From: an uncultured Nitrososphaeraceae archaeon
Lineage (GTDB): Archaea > Thermoproteota > Nitrososphaeria > Nitrososphaerales > Nitrososphaeraceae
Assembly: GCA_963779615.1 (NCBI GenBank)
Contig: CAVZZA010000003.1
Location: 928,001-992,000, forward strand
Reading direction: 5' to 3'
DNA: 64,000 bases
Shown: positions 57,333 to 64,000 of the stretch, in pieces
Layout of the letters: every line of letters starts with the position of its first letter
How positions within the stretch are numbered: the stretch's first letter is position 1
Translations under genes and position numbers: made by a program
Notes under the pieces: generated by a model
What the model was told of the DNA's origin: nothing
Databases searched by the model: none
Seen by the model: the letters and a program-made list of their open reading frames with translations, nothing else

Positions 57333-57678
57333 CTAGGCAGGCCTTCCACAGGCGTTGGTTACTGTACATGTTGCGTTCTGGCCCGGATTGCCTATTGTGC
57401 AGTTGCACCCATCCGAAAATGTGGTTGTGAGTGGAGCTATCGCAGAGGCGGTGTTGCAACCAAAGTTTGGCACGTACAAAAACCCGTTGTCTTCGTTAAA
57501 GGCAATGCCACGTGGAGCGGTGACCACGGTATGGGGTACCCACAACGGTGTTTGTTACCGGGTTTATCACTAATACGGCATTGCTATCGATGTTCACCAT
57601 AAACATAAAGCCGTTGCTGGGGCGGAAGGCAATGTCAATTGGATCTATTCCGACGGGTATGGAGTCCACAACGGTGAT
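57333..57678 (-). pseudogene. YVTN/YncE beta-propeller remnant, 5'-truncated
   Basis: 'TVVDSIPVGIDPIDIAFRPSNGFMFMVN..VINPVTNTVV/PRGIAFNEDNGFLYV', frameshifted. Confidence 0.8.
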
Positions 57679-57722
57679 TATTCAAATAATTACAATAAAT
57701 TGATGATAAACTGCAATTTGTA

Positions 57723-57762
57723 TATAGACCGGGTTGTATATGGGTCAAATATGCCCTTAATC
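57723..57762 (+). repeat. att-like dispersed motif, copy E (degenerate)
   Basis: TATAGACCGG-GTTGTAT-ATGGGTCAAA-TATGCCCTTAATC, 26/40 identical to copy A. Confidence 0.55.
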
Positions 57763-57929
57763 TAGACTGTAAGTAAAATAACAAAATAGAGAAATAAATC
57801 AAGAATAAATGCTTAACTTTTGAATTCTATTAATCATCTATCTCATCCAGAGTGGACTTCTAATAAATTATTCAATATCGATAGTATAGGATATAAATAA
57901 TAATAATAAATTCAAAAATATAATTTGAG

Positions 57930-58865
57930 TTGACGTTGTTGAAAATAGGCTATCCTTGCATAAATTTAACTTTAAAAAACCCTTATTCTTCAACATTTAG
58001 ATTAAAATCATTTTCCGAAAAAAGGTTTAATGAAACTGTAAAAAACAACCTTAACCATCTATCAAAGATATTAAAATTTAATTTAAACAATAATATTTTG
58101 TTTTTTAGATTAAGTTCAGGCATAATACCTTTTGCATCTCACCCAGTATGCAACATTAATTGGGATTACATATTTAAAACAGAATTAAACGAAATTGGCG
58201 AATTCATAAAGAAAAATAACATGCGAATATCAATGCATCCAGATCAATTTGTCATTCTCAATTCAAAAAATGAAAAAATAATTGAAAATAGTGTTAGAGA
58301 ATTACAATATCATTCTAAAGTATTGGAGAGCATGAATTTAACACACAATGCAAAAATTCAAATTCATATTGGAGGAGTTTATGAAGATAAAATAACATCA
58401 AAGGAACGATTCATAAAAACCTTTATGAAATTGGAAGAGAACTTGAAAAAGAGAATCATAATTGAAAATGACGACAGATCATATGCTTTAAAAGATTGTT
58501 TGGATATTAGCTATGAGACAGGCATTCCAATTGTTTTTGACACTCTCCATCATGAGTGTCTAAACAACAACGAGACCGTACAAGAAGCACTAACATCCGC
58601 AACCAACACATGGAAATATGTTTTGGATGGCAATCCTATCATGGACTACAGTAGCCAAAGCATAGGTGAAAGAAAAGGGAAACATACAAAAACTATTGAC
58701 AAAAATCATTTTATTTCCTATTATAAAGAATTAGTTAAATCTTCCAACAATAAACCCATGGCTGCAGCAGACATAATGTTGGAGATAAAAGACAAAGAAA
58801 ACAGTGCATTGTTGGCTTTGGATTTGATAAAGAATAACAACAACAATCAATGCCAAGAAATTTAG
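57930..58865 (+). CDS. uvsE: UV DNA damage endonuclease
   Basis: 'IGYPCIN', 'FFRLSSGIIPFASHP', 'RISMHPDQF', 'IHIGG', 'IENDD', 'VFDTLHH', 'DIMLEIKDKE'. Confidence 0.95.
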   Translation: MTLLKIGYPCINLTLKNPYSSTFRLKSFSEKRFNETVKNNLNHLSKILKFNLNNNILFFRLSSGIIPFASHPVCNINWDYIFKTELNEIGEFIKKNNMRISMHPDQFVILNSKNEKIIENSVRELQYHSKVLESMNLTHNAKIQIHIGGVYEDKITSKERFIKTFMKLEENLKKRIIIENDDRSYALKDCLDISYETGIPIVFDTLHHECLNNNETVQEALTSATNTWKYVLDGNPIMDYSSQSIGERKGKHTKTIDKNHFISYYKELVKSSNNKPMAAADIMLEIKDKENSALLALDLIKNNNNNQCQEI

Positions 58866-59130
58866 AATATTCTATATTTATTTGATAACACTTGAGCAAG
58901 CAAGATACAATTTCTTTACACGTGTTTTTTAAAACTAACAAAAAAAACAAAATAACAAATAACATTACACAAAAATTATATTATTATATTACTATGCTGT
59001 CATGTTCCTACCAAAAGATAAAGATAAACAATAATGAAAACACAAAAGGGAGTTTTAGTTTAAAAGACAGGGATATCCACTACCCTATTTTCTTCATCAT
59101 CAGTCATGCTCTTGTCAACATATAAGGAAC

Positions 59131-59801
59131 GGCTCTGTTAACTTAACGGCTTAACTCATTATTATGATATTCAACAAATAGATTCATCCAATTTGGCACA
59201 TGCTTTAGTTTGCATTTTATTGTTCTACAGGGAAAGTAGTCGTCGAAACACTCTGTTCTGTCCTTGATATACTGCATTGTCCTTTCAATCAGGCTTTTCT
59301 CAAATGAAGAATGTATGTGATGAGCTAGTTTTAGGAATCTACAAGCTTGAGGATACCATGTACCGCCATCTGTGGAAACTGTGTTTTCCATAGTCTCTGA
59401 CAATGTTTGACAGAAAACGTTCTGTGACAAACATGTTTCTCTCCTTGGATATGGTTAGTGCGAGAATTTGATGGTTTTTTGACTCGATGGCAACCCAGAG
59501 CCATACTAACTCTGAACCTACTTTAATCAAAGTCTCATCAACAATGTATTCCGCAATCTTCTTTCTTTTTGACGACATTCTCTGAGGATGATATTTCTGA
59601 ATCCACTTCCAGATCGAAACATGACTTCTCTTAACCTTATGTAAAAAGAACATTGCTTTGGCAACACCTCTAGTTGACAGACCCAGAAAATACAAATACA
59701 ATGCGTGACCAATATCTGATGAAGGTGTTCTGTTTCTCGTATTGGACATACCAGAAATAGGGCATCTTTAAGCTATATCATTTTCTTAAGTTAACAGAGC
59801 C
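59131..59801 (-). mobile_element. IS6-family element (671 bp), transposase frameshifted
   Basis: Perfect 16-bp IRs GGCTCTGTTAACTTAA at 59131-59146 and 59786-59801. 'VDETLIKVG..WLWVAIE', 'STDGGTWY', 'LIERTMQYIKDRT'. ORFs 59339-59749 and 59143-59430. No TSD. Confidence 0.93.
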
Positions 59802-60469
59802 TTATTATCTATGATCATTTTTTGTTCCATTGAAAACAAACATTTGTCATGTCCCATATTTTTCCGATAAATGCTGTTCCATTACCATCAGCATCGTTGA
59901 ATATTCTCATGAGAAATGCATAATCGCAATCAAAAATTCGCACCGCACAGTGAAACTTTAGAAAACGTTTTACCAGTATCATATATTTCATCCCACTACA
60001 AGATATTTTTTTATCGGTCGTCAAAGAGGCATTTCTTCTAAATAGATCTTTTTATTCTAAATGGTATAAACTGTATATGATCTGTATCAAGCTTGAGTGC
60101 AATCAATCTATCTGGAATGATTCATCCATTTGTTATTCCTAGCATTCCATCATATCTTTTGTTTGAACTTTGTATTTTAGCTGCAACAATCTGTGTTAGA
60201 TCCTACTTCCCCCAATTGTAATACTCTTTATGGTATTATTTTTTATTCACTTCTTCTTTTTTGAACTTCAAATTACTATTAATACTGTTTACTATAACAA
60301 CAACATCAATATTAACGATCAGAATTTTGTATCTATGGTTCTATTATTAATAGTGCCCGGCATTTCCCTTATTTAGATAAGATAAAACTTCAAATGGCCT
60401 TGTCAACCTAACGATAAACTATAGCTCGAAGCTACTCTTTTTCTCAAATGTTCAATACAAGAATAGAAG

Positions 60470-60690
60470 ACCATTTGTAATTGTTTTTATAAAAGATAAT
60501 GATATAGGGATTGATAAGGAGTCGATCTCAAGGCTTTTTACAAAATTTGCTTCAAGGTCATTCCAAGGAACAGGATTGGGTTTATATCTTTCAAAGAATA
60601 TGATTAAGGCTCATGGTGGAATATCTGGTGTGGTAACAATAAGCATGGTCAAGGCGCCACGTTTAGTTTTAGTTATTTTTAGATTAAGAG
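60470..60690 (+). pseudogene. Histidine kinase HATPase_c remnant
   Basis: 'IKDNDIGIDKESISRLFTKFASRSFQGTGLGLYLSKNMIKAHGG/IWCGNN..GATFSFS'. Confidence 0.85.
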
Positions 60691-60736
60691 TTCAGAATAT
60701 CACTTATCCATTTGCCCTTGCAGAGTGTAAAATTAT

Positions 60737-62434
60737 TTACACATTTCTTAAATATTGATGAATTAACTGGATAGCAGTTGCCCCTTCTCCCACTGCAGAA
60801 GCGATTCTTTTAATCGAATTATGACGAACATCTCCTGCTGCAAATATACCAGGAATATTCGTTTCTAATAAAAGAGGGTGATGGTCCATTATCATATTTT
60901 GTGGATGTTTATTTTTATACAAATCCGATCCGGTAAGAATAAAGCCATGATTATCTCGTAGCACTATTCCATTAAGCCATTCTGTATTGGGTAATGCACC
61001 AATATATATGAAGAGTCCTGCAGCAGGAACAATTTGTTGTTCCTTTGTTTTAGTATTCATAACAGTAATATATTCCAGTTTGCTTTCACCACTAATTTCA
61101 ATAACTACTGTATTTAACCGTACTTTGATATTCCTGGTTTCATTTATTTGATGGATGAGATATTGCGACATTTTTTCGGCAAGTGTGTTCGAACGCACTA
61201 GTAACGTTACCTCTCTAGCATATTTTGAAAAATGAATTGCGGCCTGTCCTGCAGAATTGGCTCCTCCAACAATATATATGTCCTGTCCTTGATAATGTAA
61301 GGCCTCCACCATAGAAGATCCATAATATACACCAGCGCCTGTCAATTTTTCAATATTCCTAACATCATTTAGTTTACGATATGTAACTCCGCATGCAATT
61401 AGCATCACATGGCATCTTATTTCATTTCCATCCGCGAATGTAGCTAATCGGTATTGACCATCAACTTTTATCCCCATAACATTTTGAGAGTTTAAAATTT
61501 CTGCCCCAAATTTTACGGCTTGTACCACAGCACGTCGGGTTAAATTATAGCCAGTCAAGCCTGACGGAAACCCAAGATAGTTTTCTATATTAGAACTTGC
61601 AGCAGCTTGGCCTCCAACTGCCTGTCCTTCTATTAATATCGTATGCAGACCTTCAGACGCACCGTATACTGCTGCAGCCAATCCAGCCGGACCTCCTCCT
61701 ATTATCAGCAAGTCATAAAATGCCATATTTGGATGTGTTTTAAGACCAATTTTTTCGGCTATTTGTGAATTGGTTGGCTCAATAATGTATGAACCATCAG
61801 AAAATAAAATGATAGGGAAATGCAGAGAATTGTGATCTATCGGATGTTTTGAATCGGTTAAATTGATAGAAGAAAGTAATCTACGAGCTTCATCGCTTTC
61901 TATATCAAACCATTGATAAGATATCCCATTTCTAGCCAGAAATTCTTTTATTTCGTGCGATCTCGGAGACCATACTATCCCTATAACTTTAATGCCTTCA
62001 AATGGTGGGTTATAGGAGGACATCCAATCCTCAAGAATATCATTTAAAGCTGGATAAAGATGTATTTCCGGAGGTTCGCAAGGCTTGGTTAGATAATAAT
62101 CAATTTTTACTTCATTGACTGACTGCATTATTGAATCTGTATCCCGATAATCGGTGAGCAACACCCGTTTTGCATCAGGAAATACATCCATAGCTTTCTT
62201 CAAGAATTCAACACCAGTCATTTGAGGCATCCTCTGGTCGACTATAAATAATGCAACAACATCATTGCGTGCCTTTAACTGCGTTATTATTTCAAGGCCT
62301 TGGTGACCAGATTCTGCTAATAATATCTGAAAGAGATTACCATATTGATGATCTAAAAAACGTTCCATAGATTTTAACATTTGTGGATTATCAACCACTA
62401 GCAGGACTGCTGGTTTCGTATCAAATACCTCCAA
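60737..62434 (-). CDS. Response-regulator receiver fused to a thioredoxin-reductase-like FAD oxidoreductase
   Basis: REC 'VDQRMPQMTGVEFL..YLTKP'. FAD-binding 'IIGGGPAGLAAAVY', 'VGGANSAGQAA', 'PGIFAAGDVR..KRIASAVGEG'. TTG 62434 is preferred over 62506. Confidence 0.9.
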   Translation of the reverse strand: MEVFDTKPAVLLVVDNPQMLKSMERFLDHQYGNLFQILLAESGHQGLEIITQLKARNDVVALFIVDQRMPQMTGVEFLKKAMDVFPDAKRVLLTDYRDTDSIMQSVNEVKIDYYLTKPCEPPEIHLYPALNDILEDWMSSYNPPFEGIKVIGIVWSPRSHEIKEFLARNGISYQWFDIESDEARRLLSSINLTDSKHPIDHNSLHFPIILFSDGSYIIEPTNSQIAEKIGLKTHPNMAFYDLLIIGGGPAGLAAAVYGASEGLHTILIEGQAVGGQAAASSNIENYLGFPSGLTGYNLTRRAVVQAVKFGAEILNSQNVMGIKVDGQYRLATFADGNEIRCHVMLIACGVTYRKLNDVRNIEKLTGAGVYYGSSMVEALHYQGQDIYIVGGANSAGQAAIHFSKYAREVTLLVRSNTLAEKMSQYLIHQINETRNIKVRLNTVVIEISGESKLEYITVMNTKTKEQQIVPAAGLFIYIGALPNTEWLNGIVLRDNHGFILTGSDLYKNKHPQNMIMDHHPLLLETNIPGIFAAGDVRHNSIKRIASAVGEGATAIQLIHQYLRNV

Positions 62435-62835
62435 TAGAATGTACACGGAAGTATTAATAAGAATATTTATACAAAAATTTTCATGCAGGCAAAATGACAT
62501 AGTCAAGGGTGATCAAGGAAAAATGTCTTACTACTATTTCTGACTTGAATCATATAGTTCGACGTCTCGGTCTAAAACGTAGAGCCTAATTTCCAGAAAA
62601 TCATATAGTAATTTTTGAATCTTAATTACGCTGATGTTGATACAACAATGGAGTTCATAGACAATAACTCCATACTTTTTAGTAAGTTGTAATTAATAAA
62701 TCATGTTTTTAACCTATCATTTACACAATTTGTCTAGAGATGGATGCAGAGCATTAAACCAGCCAAAAAATACCATTGTCAAATCCTATGGCACATATTC
62801 CTAAAATAATGTTTTTTACAAAAGGTAGAAGCACC

Positions 62836-62998
62836 TGATTTGGCGTCTAACTCAATCTATTCAGTTTAGATTTGACTATCCATATCCATGATTGACTGGC
62901 CTTCTTATAACCGCTCATTAGTTAGACGTAGCGAGATCCTCTTCTCTTATAATTTTCTTGATACTGGAGGTTATGAAATAGATAGGATGAATGAAGGT
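62836..62998 (+). mobile_element. IS5-family 5' end remnant
   Basis: Degenerate IR TGATTTGGCGTCTAACT, then 'MIDWPSYNRSLVRRSEILFSYNFLD', homologous to the element at 12819-13799. Confidence 0.8.
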
Positions 62999-63081
62999 TA
63001 CTCGGGCTTAGACGTAGCCTGTTTCACCGATCTATACTTTTATAAAATTGTAATCGTATTATATTCTATTAAGAATAATTA

Positions 63082-64000
63082 TTGACCGATACTGGTTTTA
63101 AATCTGAAAATACAAAGATCCTACATGGTATTGAAAATACAATTTCATATGGTGTAAGACTTCTTCAGAATGCCAAAGAAAAGCTTGACCTCTGTGCAGA
63201 TAAAAACGGGCCGTCTATTGTTATTGAATTGAATGTTTACAAAGATAATTATATTAAAGCAAGAACTAGAGGAGTGAAAATTAGATTTATTACAGAGATA
63301 ACAAGAGATAATATTCATTATTGCAAAGAACTCAGACAATATGTTGATGAGTTAAGACATATTGATGGCCTAAAAGGAGCAATCGCTGTGAGTGAATCAG
63401 AATTTGTTGGAACATCCATACTCAGAGAAAAACAATATTTAACACAGTTACTATGTAGCCAAGAAAAAGAGATAGTCGAACAACAACAATACATTTTTGA
63501 TACTTTCTGGAAAAATTCGATATCTGCAGATCTTAAAATAAGAGATATAGAGGAAGGGATAGAACCAGTAAAAACTGGAGTATTAGAAAATCCAGAAGAT
63601 ATTTTAAAAAAAACAATAGAAATTTGCAATCAGTCTTCATTTCTTTGTATTTGTACAAATATTGATGGTATGCGATTGGGCTATAATGATTTGATCGGAT
63701 TTTATAGAGAAATCTTAAAGAGACCCAAAAATGGAAAGCAAGAGGGGATAAAGTGGATTACTTCAATAAATAATAAAGAGGATATAGGAATTGTCAAATT
63801 GTTAATTCAGGAAGGGATACAAGTAAGACATGTATTTGATATGCTTGTTGTTTCCTTTATACTAAGTAATAGACACCTCGCTTCCACAATAGAAAAACCG
63901 GGGATAACTAAAGACCTTTCCAGTGTTTTAATCAGTAACGATCCCTTATACCTTGATTATTATCATAAAATTTTTGATAAATTGTGGAACAATGGAATAG
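63082..64000 (+). CDS. Sensor histidine-kinase-type protein, N-terminal part (runs off the window)
   Basis: Open frame from TTG 63082 to the edge: 'RGVKIRFITEITRDNIHYCKEL..LRHIDG..FDTFWKNS..IRDIEEG'. The second repeat is homologous to the cytoplasmic domain of the kinase at 16655. Confidence 0.85.
   Translation, partial: MTDTGFKSENTKILHGIENTISYGVRLLQNAKEKLDLCADKNGPSIVIELNVYKDNYIKARTRGVKIRFITEITRDNIHYCKELRQYVDELRHIDGLKGAIAVSESEFVGTSILREKQYLTQLLCSQEKEIVEQQQYIFDTFWKNSISADLKIRDIEEGIEPVKTGVLENPEDILKKTIEICNQSSFLCICTNIDGMRLGYNDLIGFYREILKRPKNGKQEGIKWITSINNKEDIGIVKLLIQEGIQVRHVFDMLVVSFILSNRHLASTIEKPGITKDLSSVLISNDPLYLDYYHKIFDKLWNNGI

Overview
AT-rich, low-coding-density archaeal DNA. The gene content points to an ammonia-oxidising Nitrososphaeraceae genome, probably Ca. 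Nitrosocosmicus-like: multi-TM/TrmB-like sensor kinases, a stand-alone Cache protein, Asp-box secreted proteins, small C2H2 proteins and an AEP-PriX primase. This assignment is inference. No rRNA, complete tRNA or CRISPR array was seen. The window is an accessory region of stress, redox, signalling and secreted-protein genes (thioredoxin, Dps, UvsE, rhodanese-MBL, receiver-TrxB fusion, GCS2 ligase, matrixin, lactonase). These are interspersed with more than a dozen pseudogenes and IS5, IS6 and IS630 relics. The most striking unexplained structure lies between 43.3 and 57.8 kb. There, five same-orientation copies of a ~40-bp intergenic motif, shaped like a tyrosine-recombinase core site (10-bp inverted arms around a 7-bp spacer), partition the DNA into 2.4-4.9 kb cargo blocks. 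Two copies sit directly upstream of truncated integrase-like 5' ends, and two bracket a GC-rich foreign block. This suggests a tandem-accretion or cassette-like integration array. Family assignments come from motif recognition by eye, not from database searches.
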